Virus record (IMG/VR): IMGVR_UViG_3300035698_029839
Span: 124,001 to 188,000 of that record
DNA: 64,000 bases
Reading direction: 5' to 3' (one strand)
In this document: piece by piece, positions 1 through 10,241 of the stretch
Layout: each line of letters starts with the position of its first letter
Position numbering within the stretch: the first letter of the stretch is position 1
Notes under the pieces: generated by a model
What the model saw: the letters and a program-made list of their open reading frames with translations, nothing else
The model's database searches: none
Told to the model about the DNA's origin: nothing
Program-made: the position numbers and the translations under genes

Positions 1-78
1 AAGAAAAATTAGACGAAATGGTAAAAGGTGAAAATATGATTGCACGATCAGATAACTGCGAAGGACTGGGAGATATGC

Positions 79-534
79 ATGGCTAAAGCTACTAAGAAAA
101 AGACTTTAAAAGTGAAAAGCAAAACGGTAAAATCTAAAAATAAGGTTACTAAGAAAAAAGTAACTAAAAAAAAGATTAAGAAAAAGTCCCTTGCTAAGAA
201 AAAGACTACTAGAAAAAAGGTTAAGAAAAAAACTAAAAAGAGAGTCAAGAAGAGAGCAAGGAGAAAGAAAATATTAATGGAAGATATTTATTCTATCATC
301 AATAAGGTACAATTTGGTAAAAGAAAAACTACATTTGTTACCGAAATAACGGACGCACCTACAATAGAAAATAATATTAAAGATGTAGATTTAAGGTATG
401 ATAAGGTAGAAATGAAAACTCAAGTAGTTTTTACTCTTTATCCTAATGAACAACAACATAATGACGAAATGGATACTATACATTTCGAAATAATGGATGA
501 TGAAATTCCCGATATAGGGCAAATTTTTGGGTAA
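79..534 (+). CDS. Lys-rich (histone H1-like N-terminus) protein with acidic C-terminus
   Basis: Long KKK/TKKK run followed by acidic tail; start moved to ATG 79 (AGGA/GGAG upstream). Confidence 0.55.
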   Translation: MAKATKKKTLKVKSKTVKSKNKVTKKKVTKKKIKKKSLAKKKTTRKKVKKKTKKRVKKRARRKKILMEDIYSIINKVQFGKRKTTFVTEITDAPTIENNIKDVDLRYDKVEMKTQVVFTLYPNEQQHNDEMDTIHFEIMDDEIPDIGQIFG

Positions 535-585
535 GTCGTTTGCTAATAACGATTTATATTATTTCTTTATAATTTAAAAAAACAT

Positions 586-613
586 TTGAAAGTGAAAACG
601 AATCAATTATAAT
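586..613 (+). promoter_or_regulatory. sigma70-type promoter with AGTGAAA box
   Basis: TTGAAA-16nt-TATAAT, recurring pattern. Confidence 0.7.
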
Positions 614-668
614 AATTATTCATAGTGGGTTGAGATCAATAAAAGTAGAAATTGTGATAGGATAAAGT

Positions 669-1553
669 GTGAAAGTAAAAGATGAACAATTATTAGAAGA
701 AGCTCTTAAAACTCCAGATTTTCTTTGTGAATCAGGTAGTCATTTGTACGGAATGACTACGCCTACATCAGATTATGATTTGAGAGGTTTTGTATTCCCA
801 CCATTTGCTTATTTTGTAGGTGTTAAGAAATTTGAATGTAGAGAGATGGAGGGAGATAAAAAAGTTTATAGTGCTGCTCATTTTCTTAAGTTAGTTATGA
901 AAGGAGATCCTCAATGTTCAGAATTGTTCTTTGCTAGTGATAAGAATATCATTAATTGCTCTGATCTCGGTAAGGAAATAATGGATATGAGGGACGATAT
1001 AATTAGTAATGCTATTTATGGCAGGATTATGGGTTATAGTACTGGGGAATGGCGTAAGGCAATGGCTGTTCGTCTTGTCTCTAAAGAGCGTAGCAAAAAT
1101 AAGAAAGAAGTTATTAATGATGTCAGAACATTTTGGCAACTCAATAAAGAGAAGATGGATAATATTATTGAGATTTTAGATTCTGTTGATGAGAAAAAAA
1201 TGATTTCTTCTCAAGCTGGGTTGGGAGTAAAAAGAAAAGCAGATATTAAGAAATATGGCTTTTGTAGAAAAAGTGCTGCCCACTCTATTCGTCTTGTAAA
1301 GCAGTTAACAGAACTTATGAATACTGGCAAAATGGTATTTCCTCTTTCTTTCAAAGAGATGTTGTTGGATATTAAAAATGGCAAGTACACTAAAAAAGAG
1401 CTAGAATTAATTCATGATGAAGTTGTTGCTGATGCAGAAAAAATGCGTGATAGATCTGTTCTTCCAGATAAACCAAATGAGAAAAAAGTTTGGAATACAT
1501 ATCTAAAATTAGTAAAAAAAGTAATAAAAAAAGATAAAGAATTTTTAAATTAA
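669..1553 (+). CDS. DNA polymerase beta-superfamily nucleotidyltransferase (phage/YcgL type)
   Basis: SGSHLYG..TPTSDYDLRG (GS..DxD) motif; C-terminal HSIRL..L..IK.G..S.LP.KP. Confidence 0.85.
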   Translation: MKVKDEQLLEEALKTPDFLCESGSHLYGMTTPTSDYDLRGFVFPPFAYFVGVKKFECREMEGDKKVYSAAHFLKLVMKGDPQCSELFFASDKNIINCSDLGKEIMDMRDDIISNAIYGRIMGYSTGEWRKAMAVRLVSKERSKNKKEVINDVRTFWQLNKEKMDNIIEILDSVDEKKMISSQAGLGVKRKADIKKYGFCRKSAAHSIRLVKQLTELMNTGKMVFPLSFKEMLLDIKNGKYTKKELELIHDEVVADAEKMRDRSVLPDKPNEKKVWNTYLKLVKKVIKKDKEFLN

Positions 1554-1567
1554 AGGAGCTTCTTGTT

Positions 1568-2062
1568 ATGCAATCAAAAAGAAAATATAGAGGTTTAAAA
1601 AAATATGAGTCTCTTTTGCAGGTTATTTGTAAAACTGAAAGTCCTGAGTGGCTTATGGCAAAGGAGTGGGAAAATTATTTGGGTATTCAAGGTCTTTCTT
1701 CTCATATAAAAAATAACTATGATAATTTAACAGAAGAAGAATGGGAGGGGTGCTTAGGGGTGGCGTGTGTTATTTCTGTTATAGAGGGCGTGAATTCTAG
1801 TTTGTTCTCTCTATCAAAACATTTAGATATTTCTAATAATAATCCTCATTTACAGAATGCTTTTGAGAGGTTAAGGGTTAGTGGTGTTTTTAATGCTAAG
1901 AGAGATATTAGGAATGATCCGTTATTGACGGGAAATGGTAAGGATAAGGAATTGAGAGCTGCTGCTGATTCTGAAAGAAGCGCATGGTGTCATATTGCTG
2001 GTATTGGTGCTGGACTAATTGGGCTAGGAAAAACCTTGAAAAGTGAAAGTGAAGTAGTATAA
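1568..2062 (+). CDS. hypothetical protein
   Basis: ORF with AAGGAG SD. Confidence 0.6.
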   Translation: MQSKRKYRGLKKYESLLQVICKTESPEWLMAKEWENYLGIQGLSSHIKNNYDNLTEEEWEGCLGVACVISVIEGVNSSLFSLSKHLDISNNNPHLQNAFERLRVSGVFNAKRDIRNDPLLTGNGKDKELRAAADSERSAWCHIAGIGAGLIGLGKTLKSESEVV

Positions 2063-2063
2063 T
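2036..2063 (+). promoter_or_regulatory. sigma70-type promoter with AGTGAAA box
   Basis: TTGAAA-16nt-TATAAT. Confidence 0.7.
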
Positions 2064-2107
2064 AATAGAATATTGTTAAAGGTTATTTCGTAAAATAGGA
2101 GAATATA

Positions 2108-2323
2108 ATGAAAGTTCAAAAAAGACGAGTAAATGTAAAAAGACATACAACAGGATATAAGATTGGTGGGAAATGGGTCTCTCGTAAAAAGGCGTGGGAA
2201 CTTGCTAAATCAGGGAAGATAGATGGTGTTGTGGCTTGCCGAGGTGAACATGGGGTTTATATACAATCCCATCCTGAGGCGGTTGAACGACTTTATGATC
2301 TTGAAGAAGTTATAGAAGCTTAA
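2108..2323 (+). CDS. small protein, DUF3892-like
   Basis: SR..A..LAKSGKIDGV...YIQS.P....L.DL pattern; AGGAG SD. Confidence 0.5.
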   Translation: MKVQKRRVNVKRHTTGYKIGGKWVSRKKAWELAKSGKIDGVVACRGEHGVYIQSHPEAVERLYDLEEVIEA

Positions 2324-2356
2324 AGATATTAAATAAAATTCTTCATCCTCCTCCAC

Positions 2357-2405
2357 GACATAGGTGTGTAAATTTTTATATTTATGTGCCTATGTCATTT
2401 TTTTT
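2357..2405 (+). terminator. intrinsic terminator
   Basis: GACATAGG.../...CCTATGTC stem then T-run. Confidence 0.65.
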
Positions 2406-2417
2406 AAAGGGTTATAT

Positions 2418-5400
2418 ATGGCAAAATATTTAGTAATAGTAGAGTCTCCTAAAAAAACAGGGTATATTAAAAAATTTCTTGGTAAGGATTATGAAGTAAC
2501 AGCTTCTGTAGGGCATATTAGGGACTTACCACCTAAAAAAATTGGTGTTAGTATTAAAAAAGATTTTGAACCAACATATGAAATTTATCCTGATAAAAAA
2601 GATATAGTAAAAAATATACAAAAAATGGCTGGTAGATCAGATCTTGTTTATATAGCAACGGACATGGATCGTGAAGGAGAAGGAATAGCTCAACATATAG
2701 CAGATATACTTCCCCAAGGAACAGATTTTAAAAGAATAGTTTATGGTTCGGTTACTAAAAAGGCAGTAGAAGATGCTATAAATAATGCTGGTGAAATAAA
2801 TAAGGATATGGTTAATAGTTATGAGTGTAGGCGTATACTGGATCGTATCGTAGGATGGAAATCTAGTTTCATTGTCTCTCAGGCTACTGGAGGAAGATCA
2901 GCAGGAAGAGTTCAAAGTGCGGCCTTAAGAATACTTGCTGAAAGAGAGAAAGAAATACAAAATTTTATCCCAAAAGAATATTGGCCTATCGAGGTAGAAT
3001 TGGAAAGAGAAAATGGAGAAAGGGTTATTGCCACTATTAAAGTCCCAAAATCCTTAGACATTAAGACTGGGGAAGAAGCTAATAAAATTATCGATGTCCT
3101 TAAAAAAGAAAAATGGGTTGTTTCTAAGTATGAAGCAAAAGAAAAAACAAATAAAGCTTATGCTCCATTCACAACATCCACCTTATATCAATCATCTTCT
3201 TCTATTCTTGGTTGGAGTTCCAAGAAAACAGCATCTGTAGCTCAACAACTATATGAAGAGGGGTTGTGTTTGTCGGGAGATGAAGTTATAACTATGGAGA
3301 ATGGAGCAATTATTCCTATAAAAGATGCTGGTAAATATATTGGTCAAAATGTTAAGGTATTCGGGGGAATAGAAGAAGAAATAAATTTGAAGATTCAAAA
3401 CGCTAAAATTAAAGATTATCAAAAAATTCCTTATGCAGGACATATGTATAATATTAAAACTTTTGATGGACAAGAGATATCTGTTACTCACGATCATAAA
3501 CTGTTAACATATAATAAAAATGGATTTGAATGGAAAAAAGCTTGTCATTTATATAAAAATGATTTTGTCATTTGTGCAAAAAAAATAGAATGTAGCAGGG
3601 GGGATAGGGACATTCATATAATAGATTTTATTTCTCAAATGCCGTCGTCGATAACTGATAAAATTTTGGTAGGCTTTTATCCTAAATATAAAAATAAAAT
3701 ATTAAAAATTATAGAGGATAATAGAGGTTTTATATCATCTCAGTCTACTTATTATAAATATAAAAGAAATCTTAAAATACCGCTTTCTTTTTTTAATCTG
3801 TATTACGATATGGATTTTCTAAAAAAGAGTATAAAATATTTTCAATGGCAAAGTGCTGGCTCTAAAAAAGAATACATGAAAGCAGACAATTTTTCTTATT
3901 TTTTGGGATTATGTCTTGGAGATGGACATATATGCAAAGATAAAGCAATGATTAATTTCCCGAAATGCGTAGCAAAGGAAGGGGAATGGAAAAAGATATT
4001 TAAAGGTATTATTTATGAGCAAAAAATTAATTTGAATAGAAATGAAATTCAGTTTTCAGGTAAAATTTTATATGAATTATGTGCTTATTTCGGTGGGGCT
4101 AAGGGATCTAAAAGTGATAAAATTTATATTCATCCATTTGTTTCGTCTTTGCCTGAAAAATATATATATAATTTTATAGCTGGTTTGTTCGATTCTGACG
4201 GGTGTATTAATCTTTCGAAAAATCGAAAAATTAGCATATCGTATACTAGTATCAGCCAGAAGATGTTGAAACAATTTGTAGTGCTTCTTAGAACACTGGG
4301 ATACTGTAGTAGTTTGCATCGCAGAAAGAATGATAATAAAAATGGAAATATTAAAATTTGGGAAGAATCAATTAAAGATTTTCTTCTAAATATAAAAAAA
4401 TATTTGATAGTCAAGCAGTTTAAAGTTTCAAGTTTGTTAAATTTGATAGATGAAAAATCAGTTGTTTTTACAGGAAAAAGTAGGAACCAGAATTATCCAG
4501 TTATGAATATTATTGAATATGAGAGACAAAAACAAGGTATAACAAAACAAAAGTTATCTCAGCATGTTTTTAAAAATAATAGCGGATATTGGTCTTATAC
4601 AAGAACAAATGATGGTCATACAAGAAGTAGTTTTCCTAGTAAAAAAAATCTTTTAAAAATAAATGAAATACTAAAAATAAAAGATATTGAAAAAATAATT
4701 AACGGAGATGAATATTTTGCGAGAATAAAGGAAATTGATGTTCAGTATTTTGATGGATATGTTTATGACATTTCTACTTCTTCAGAGAACTTTATAGCTA
4801 ATACATTTTATAGTCATAATTGCACATATATTAGAAGCGATTCAACGTTTATTGTCCCTGATTTTGTTGATGGGATAAGATGCTCAATTCCTGCTAAATA
4901 TGGGGATAATTATCTCCCTAATAAATCTAACGTGTTTTCTAATAAGGCATCTGCTCAAGAAGCTCATGAGGCTATCAGAATCACCAATATAGCTGTTGAA
5001 ACTGTTGGGGGTGTTGATACCCAAAAGCTTTATAAAATCGTCTGGAGACGAACTGTGGCTTCTCAGATGGCAAATATGGAGCAGTTTGTGGGGAATGCTG
5101 ACTTTGACTGTAAAAAGTATAAATTTACGGCAAGCGGAAGTAGAGTTATCTTCGATGGCTGGAAAAAAGTATGGACTTACGGCTCATATTCTGACTCAAT
5201 TTTACCTGAATTTGTGGTTGGGGAAGAGTTAAAATTGATAGATGTGAAAACCGAACAAAAATTCACTTCTCCACCTCCGAGATACTCAGAATCATCTCTT
5301 ACAAAAGAATTGGAAAAAAGAGGTATTGGCCGTCCGAGCACCTATGCTTCCGTCCCAAATACTCTATTTTCTAGAGGTTATATAGAAAAACAGAAAAATA

Positions 5401-5978
5401 TTATCCATACAACAGATATGGGAGTTAGAGTATCCGATTTCCTAGTCGATGTCGATTTCTGCTTCGTAGATCTTGATTTCACCAAAAATATGGAGAATGA
5501 TTTAGATTGTGTGGCAAAAGGAGATTGTAATAAATTAGATATTTTAAATTGTTTCTGGAATAGGTTGAAAAGTGATATTACCAATGCAAAAAATAAAAGA
5601 GAAGAAAATAGTAAGACAGATTATAAGTGTCCAGAATGTGGGGCTTATCTTCAAAAGAAACATTCTAAGTATGGTCCGTTTCTGAGTTGCTCAAATAGGG
5701 CTAATAAAACTATTGAATGTCAGTATAAAGCGGATATTAGTTGTGACGGAAAACCGAAGGAGAAAATAAAGGTAGAATTAGAGAAAAGTGATTTTAATTG
5801 TCCTAATTGTGGAAAGCCGCTACTTAAAAAGAAGAGCAAAAAAAACTGGGAGTATTTAGGCTGCGAATCATGGAATAAGGATGATCAGTGCAAAGGTTTC
5901 TATGATAAAGAGAGTGGAGAAAAAATAGTATTTAAAAAGAAAAAATATAAGAAGTGGGGAAAAAAGAAAAAAAAATAA
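2418..5978 (+). CDS. topA: DNA topoisomerase IA with intein and C-terminal zinc ribbons
   Basis: LVIVESP, ATDMDREGE, SAGRVQS, TYIRSDS, AHEAIR, GIGRPSTY motifs; true start ATG 2418 (MAKYLVIVESP). Confidence 0.95.
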   Translation: MAKYLVIVESPKKTGYIKKFLGKDYEVTASVGHIRDLPPKKIGVSIKKDFEPTYEIYPDKKDIVKNIQKMAGRSDLVYIATDMDREGEGIAQHIADILPQGTDFKRIVYGSVTKKAVEDAINNAGEINKDMVNSYECRRILDRIVGWKSSFIVSQATGGRSAGRVQSAALRILAEREKEIQNFIPKEYWPIEVELERENGERVIATIKVPKSLDIKTGEEANKIIDVLKKEKWVVSKYEAKEKTNKAYAPFTTSTLYQSSSSILGWSSKKTASVAQQLYEEGLCLSGDEVITMENGAIIPIKDAGKYIGQNVKVFGGIEEEINLKIQNAKIKDYQKIPYAGHMYNIKTFDGQEISVTHDHKLLTYNKNGFEWKKACHLYKNDFVICAKKIECSRGDRDIHIIDFISQMPSSITDKILVGFYPKYKNKILKIIEDNRGFISSQSTYYKYKRNLKIPLSFFNLYYDMDFLKKSIKYFQWQSAGSKKEYMKADNFSYFLGLCLGDGHICKDKAMINFPKCVAKEGEWKKIFKGIIYEQKINLNRNEIQFSGKILYELCAYFGGAKGSKSDKIYIHPFVSSLPEKYIYNFIAGLFDSDGCINLSKNRKISISYTSISQKMLKQFVVLLRTLGYCSSLHRRKNDNKNGNIKIWEESIKDFLLNIKKYLIVKQFKVSSLLNLIDEKSVVFTGKSRNQNYPVMNIIEYERQKQGITKQKLSQHVFKNNSGYWSYTRTNDGHTRSSFPSKKNLLKINEILKIKDIEKIINGDEYFARIKEIDVQYFDGYVYDISTSSENFIANTFYSHNCTYIRSDSTFIVPDFVDGIRCSIPAKYGDNYLPNKSNVFSNKASAQEAHEAIRITNIAVETVGGVDTQKLYKIVWRRTVASQMANMEQFVGNADFDCKKYKFTASGSRVIFDGWKKVWTYGSYSDSILPEFVVGEELKLIDVKTEQKFTSPPPRYSESSLTKELEKRGIGRPSTYASVPNTLFSRGYIEKQKNIIHTTDMGVRVSDFLVDVDFCFVDLDFTKNMENDLDCVAKGDCNKLDILNCFWNRLKSDITNAKNKREENSKTDYKCPECGAYLQKKHSKYGPFLSCSNRANKTIECQYKADISCDGKPKEKIKVELEKSDFNCPNCGKPLLKKKSKKNWEYLGCESWNKDDQCKGFYDKESGEKIVFKKKKYKKWGKKKKK
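3267..4820 (+). mobile_element. intein with LAGLIDADG homing endonuclease (518 aa)
   Basis: Starts CLSGD, ends SHN followed by Cys; block B TxDH; LGLCLGDG and IAGLFDSDG motifs. Confidence 0.93.
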
Positions 5979-5979
5979 G

Positions 5980-6007
5980 AAGGATTTCTTTTTTATTATT
6001 AACAATT
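5980..6007 (+). promoter_or_regulatory. putative SigH-like promoter
   Basis: AAGGA-17nt-ACAATT upstream of HNH gene. Confidence 0.35.
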
Positions 6008-6040
6008 AATAGTATTGAATGTTAATAATAGGAGAGAATA

Positions 6041-6931
6041 ATGATAGAAGGCGATATATTTACTAAAAGAGTTAAGCATTCTAAAAATGGGACAGTGCCT
6101 TGTAAATTTGTTGTGAGAATATGCGATCATTGTGAAGAAAGAAAAGAAGTAAGATATGATACCATAGTGAGGGGAAGAAAAAAAAAGAATAATGAAAAAG
6201 ATTATTGTAAAAAATGTTCTCATTTGAGATTAAATCAAAAATCGGATAAAAGAGGAACGAATCACGGTAATTATAAACAAACATCTAATAGAAGTTATTA
6301 TAAAAATATAACCACTTCTGATGGTAGAAGGATGTCTTTGCATCGTTATTTATATGCGAAACATATAAATAGAGAGTTGAAAAAAGAAGAAAAAATACAT
6401 CATATTGATTTAGATAAACAGAATAATGATATTAAAAATTTATTTTTATTTTTAAATATGAAGGATCATACTTCCGCTCATGCATTTATGGAGAGATGTG
6501 GTTATGCTATATTGAATAATTTAATATGGTTTAATAAAAGAGATAATAAATATAAATTATACAAATCAGATAAACAAAAAGAGTTATTAGTAAATTTTGA
6601 TGAAGCAGATTATAAGTTATGCAATAGTATGCCTGTTAAAAAAAGTAAAAATAAAAAAAATAATTATTATATAAAAAGAAAAATTGATGGAGAGCTTCGT
6701 GAAGTTCATATATATATAGCTGAGAAAAAAATTGGTAGAAAATTATTTAGGGACGAGTGTGTCCATCATATAAATGGTAATAAATATAATAATTATCCAT
6801 ATAATTTAACAGTGATGTTGAAAAAAGAACATAGATTGTGTCATATATCTCTCCAACATTGTATGGCAGAATTGTATAAAAAAGGTATTGTTGGTTTTGA
6901 TATAAATATGGGAAAATATTTTGTTGTTTAA
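6041..6931 (+). CDS. HNH homing endonuclease with two HNH motifs
   Basis: HHIDLDKQNNDIKNL and HHINGNKYNNYPYNL. Confidence 0.85.
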   Translation: MIEGDIFTKRVKHSKNGTVPCKFVVRICDHCEERKEVRYDTIVRGRKKKNNEKDYCKKCSHLRLNQKSDKRGTNHGNYKQTSNRSYYKNITTSDGRRMSLHRYLYAKHINRELKKEEKIHHIDLDKQNNDIKNLFLFLNMKDHTSAHAFMERCGYAILNNLIWFNKRDNKYKLYKSDKQKELLVNFDEADYKLCNSMPVKKSKNKKNNYYIKRKIDGELREVHIYIAEKKIGRKLFRDECVHHINGNKYNNYPYNLTVMLKKEHRLCHISLQHCMAELYKKGIVGFDINMGKYFVV

Positions 6932-7241
6932 AAGTGAAAGTAAAAATTATAGAATGCAAAAAAGAAGTGATAAAGATTATAGGAAACAAATTAGTCCTCA
7001 GCAGTTATCTGTTTCTATAAAAGAAATAGAAAAAAGATTATATGAAAGACTTGAAGAAAAAGGTTATGGAGCATGGTTATCGAGACATGAAATACTTGGT
7101 TTTTTAACTGAAGAATATTATGAGGTTATCGAGGCAGTCCATAATCAATCCACTAAAGAAATAAAAGAAGAGTTAAAAGATATTGCAGTGGGGTGTATTT
7201 TCGCAATGTCGTGTATAGATGCTAAAAGTTTAGATTGGTGA
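6921..7241 (+). CDS. MazG-like NTP pyrophosphohydrolase
   Basis: EEYYE...EELKD acidic pattern; start uncertain. Confidence 0.5.
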   Translation: MLFKSESKNYRMQKRSDKDYRKQISPQQLSVSIKEIEKRLYERLEEKGYGAWLSRHEILGFLTEEYYEVIEAVHNQSTKEIKEELKDIAVGCIFAMSCIDAKSLDW

Positions 7242-7245
7242 AGAA

Positions 7246-7584
7246 ATGAATAAGAATATACCAAAAAACCTAATCGAATGTTTTGGAGAATTAAGCAGGG
7301 AACTTTCTCCTGAGAATATTGAAGAAATAAGAAGTGGAAAAGAAGAAGATATGGTTCAACATCATCATGGACTTGGAAGATATTTAAGAAATGAATGGGG
7401 GTTGTGGCAAGATTCTCTTCTCTCTAAATGGTTTAATGAAAAAGGTATTCATCATGCTGATGATATGTCTGGGATAATTCTTGATTCATTTTGGAGACAA
7501 CTTAATTTGCAACCTATTAATCTAACAGAACAAATAAAACATTATCAGGATTACTGGGTGGAAATGTCAAAAGAAAATGAGTGA
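7246..7584 (+). CDS. DUF6794-like protein
   Basis: HHGLGRYLRNEWGLW...HADDMSGIIL. Confidence 0.65.
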   Translation: MNKNIPKNLIECFGELSRELSPENIEEIRSGKEEDMVQHHHGLGRYLRNEWGLWQDSLLSKWFNEKGIHHADDMSGIILDSFWRQLNLQPINLTEQIKHYQDYWVEMSKENE

Positions 7585-8002
7585 AATGAAAAATGTAGCA
7601 GAGATGACTCGCAAAGAGTTTGATGAATTAAAACATAGGCATTGGGATGAAGATGTAGAATGCGATAGTATAATTATTTTACCTGGACGTTCGAAAGATT
7701 TACACGATTCTGGTTTTAGATGTATGGATTTTGTTGCTGTTGAAGACAATAAACCAATTTGTCTTCTTACTGGTGGAAGTGATGTTATTCATATAGATGG
7801 TATAGGTGGATTGGGTGATGATTGGTTAAATAAGAATAACAGGGTTCCCGAGTTTGTTATCCCTACAGGATGGTCTATAGATTGTTTACCAAAAAGCGGT
7901 TTATTAAGAATGTGGCCAAATAGCAGGAAAATGAAGTGCGGTAGTGCTCTTTCTAGTTTTGAAATATTTGCTATTATGAAAGATAAAGAAGATGTCAATT
8001 AG
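7577..8002 (+). CDS. hypothetical phage protein
   Basis: ORF coupled to neighbours; HDSGFRCM motif. Confidence 0.55.
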   Translation: MSEMKNVAEMTRKEFDELKHRHWDEDVECDSIIILPGRSKDLHDSGFRCMDFVAVEDNKPICLLTGGSDVIHIDGIGGLGDDWLNKNNRVPEFVIPTGWSIDCLPKSGLLRMWPNSRKMKCGSALSSFEIFAIMKDKEDVN

Positions 8003-8855
8003 ATTAAATGATCTTAAAAATATAGCCACTATTGTAAAAACAAAATATGGCTTTAATTTGCATAAAATGAATTTTATCTTTTGTTTTAAAAAAGATTTTA
8101 ATTCATATTTTATTTTTCAAGAAATACAAGGCATGCCTATAAAAAGACTGGTTTATCATGAAGAAAATAATTCTGTGACTTTTGTTTCAAGCTGGTCGTC
8201 ATGGTCAAATCCTTATGCAATGGTGGTAGATGCTAATTTCGAAAAAATAGAAAATTGGAAAGATCTTCAAGATCGTAGCAGACCATATAATTCTTATATA
8301 GAAGAAGGTGGATTCCATACTAGTTATTGGGAATCTGTCTCTAGAAAAAATAAAACAGATAAAATAAAAAAACATAAGAATAAATCTGATACTTTTGTAG
8401 AATTTAGAATTGATAAGATTCAAAGAGCAAATTTTAATAAATGGGGTTTTGAATTATATAGTCCTACTATTAGTATGATAGGTTTTGATACAAAACATAA
8501 TTTCCCGTATAGTGTTCACGATGTAGGAGAGCAAAATATTATTTATGGTTTTACTCAAGGTAGTGGCCCTCCTGTAGATGAAGATGGAATACTTAGGTAT
8601 AAAACAACATGGCAGGGAGGTAGTTTCCATGTTCCTGAATTTGAGAATAGCGGGGAAATATCTCAAGTATCAGATCCTACGGGTTTGCCAGGAGGTCAAA
8701 ACTGTGATTTGTCAAGTTATTGGGATATTAATGAATTTAATGAAGAGAATAAAGCATTTGATGAAGAAATAGCGAATATTATTCTTCCTGATAGAGAAGA
8801 TGATGATACTATTTTTGATGTGGGGCAAAAAAAAGTAGATTTATATTTTGATTAG
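7992..8855 (+). CDS. hypothetical protein
   Basis: 287 aa ORF in operon. Confidence 0.6.
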   Translation: MSIRLNDLKNIATIVKTKYGFNLHKMNFIFCFKKDFNSYFIFQEIQGMPIKRLVYHEENNSVTFVSSWSSWSNPYAMVVDANFEKIENWKDLQDRSRPYNSYIEEGGFHTSYWESVSRKNKTDKIKKHKNKSDTFVEFRIDKIQRANFNKWGFELYSPTISMIGFDTKHNFPYSVHDVGEQNIIYGFTQGSGPPVDEDGILRYKTTWQGGSFHVPEFENSGEISQVSDPTGLPGGQNCDLSSYWDINEFNEENKAFDEEIANIILPDREDDDTIFDVGQKKVDLYFD

Positions 8856-8967
8856 GATTTATGTGAAAAATCGTTAGGACAGGTTAAAGAAATGGTAAAA
8901 GAAAAAGGGATCACAGTTTGTGATACCTTAAATTAAGTTGCTAAGTATTTAAATAGGAGCAAATATT

Positions 8968-9168
8968 ATGGCAGAGTTTTGTGAGCTTTGTGCTAAAGAT
9001 CTTAATTTTCCATATGGAGATTTTAAAGGACTGACTGCTAAGAAAGCGTGGAGTGAAGGGAGGGCAGCTGTTGTTATTTGCGAGGGTTGCGGTCCTATCC
9101 AAGTAGATCCTGAAGGGAATTGTGTAACTATTGATTGTTTTAAAAAACATGGAAAAAAAGTTAAATAG
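8968..9168 (+). CDS. small Cys-rich protein
   Basis: CxxC pairs; AGGAG SD. Confidence 0.55.
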   Translation: MAEFCELCAKDLNFPYGDFKGLTAKKAWSEGRAAVVICEGCGPIQVDPEGNCVTIDCFKKHGKKVK

Positions 9169-9179
9169 GAGTAAAGAGT

Positions 9180-9713
9180 ATGAATAATTTAGATGGAATA
9201 AAAGCGTTTTTGTCTGGTGGAATAGATAGAGTAGAAGATGATGGGACGCAATGGAGACAAGAAATTAGACAGAAATGTGAGGATCTACCGATAATTTTTT
9301 TTGATCCTACTGATAAACCTGATGGACTAGGATGTGAAGTTGGAATGGAAAAAGATACAATTAAAAAATACTTAAGACAAGGAGATTGGGAGTCTGCTTC
9401 TGAATGGAGTAAAAATGTACGTCATATTGATCTTAGAATGATTGATAAAACAGATTTATATATTATTTATGTGGATTTAGACTGCCACTTATGTGGTACT
9501 TATAATGAGCTTTTTGAGGCAGAAAAACAACAAAAACCACTTTTTGCAATAATGAAAGAACCTTATAGGAAATGTGATTTTCCTGCATGGTTGGTTTCTA
9601 TATTTAGAGAAAAAGAGGTTTTTGAGGGCATCGACAATTGTGTAGATTATCTAAAGCAGATTAATAATGGTCAAATAAAGATGGACGATAGGTGGCTGAG
9701 AATTAATGTTTAA
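9180..9713 (+). CDS. nucleoside 2-deoxyribosyltransferase-like protein
   Basis: FLSGGI..WR, DP, DLRMID..D, GTYNEL motifs. Confidence 0.75.
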   Translation: MNNLDGIKAFLSGGIDRVEDDGTQWRQEIRQKCEDLPIIFFDPTDKPDGLGCEVGMEKDTIKKYLRQGDWESASEWSKNVRHIDLRMIDKTDLYIIYVDLDCHLCGTYNELFEAEKQQKPLFAIMKEPYRKCDFPAWLVSIFREKEVFEGIDNCVDYLKQINNGQIKMDDRWLRINV

Positions 9714-9791
9714 TGTTTGTAAAGTGAAAGTAAAGATATTAAGATAGTAGAATATTAAGTAATTTTAAAAATAAATATAGGAGTTATAAGA

Positions 9792-10241
9792 ATGGCACAA
9801 GAAAAACCAAATTATGAAGTAAATGATGAATTCAATAACATGGCAGTCAAACTTGTTGAGAAGTATTCTGAAAAATTTAATAACATTGAAGTTGGTAAGG
9901 TGTGTTGTGTCAATTTGACGAACAAGCCTCGTAAAGAGGTGGAGGGAGTGGTTGAGAGAATATGGAAACTTAAGGCTGTTAAAATGCCTGAGGCTATTCA
10001 TAACCCATTCGGGTGGTACGTTATTCTTCACACGGATGACTGGGAAGCAATGAGTGAAAAACATAAATTAGCTCTTGTCGCTGATGTCCTTCATGGAATA
10101 CCAAATGATCAAGATAATGAGGGTAGGGTCAATCCTTGTAATGTCAAAGGTTATCTTCCTATATTTGAAACTCTTGGAATCAAATATCTTGATGATCCTA
10201 ACATCCCTCATCTTCTTGATGAGGATGTTGTCTGGAAATAA
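9792..10241 (+). CDS. phage metallopeptidase-like protein (degenerate site)
   Basis: W..MSEKHKLALVADVLH resembles HELxH family but lacks HE. Confidence 0.4.
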   Translation: MAQEKPNYEVNDEFNNMAVKLVEKYSEKFNNIEVGKVCCVNLTNKPRKEVEGVVERIWKLKAVKMPEAIHNPFGWYVILHTDDWEAMSEKHKLALVADVLHGIPNDQDNEGRVNPCNVKGYLPIFETLGIKYLDDPNIPHLLDEDVVWK

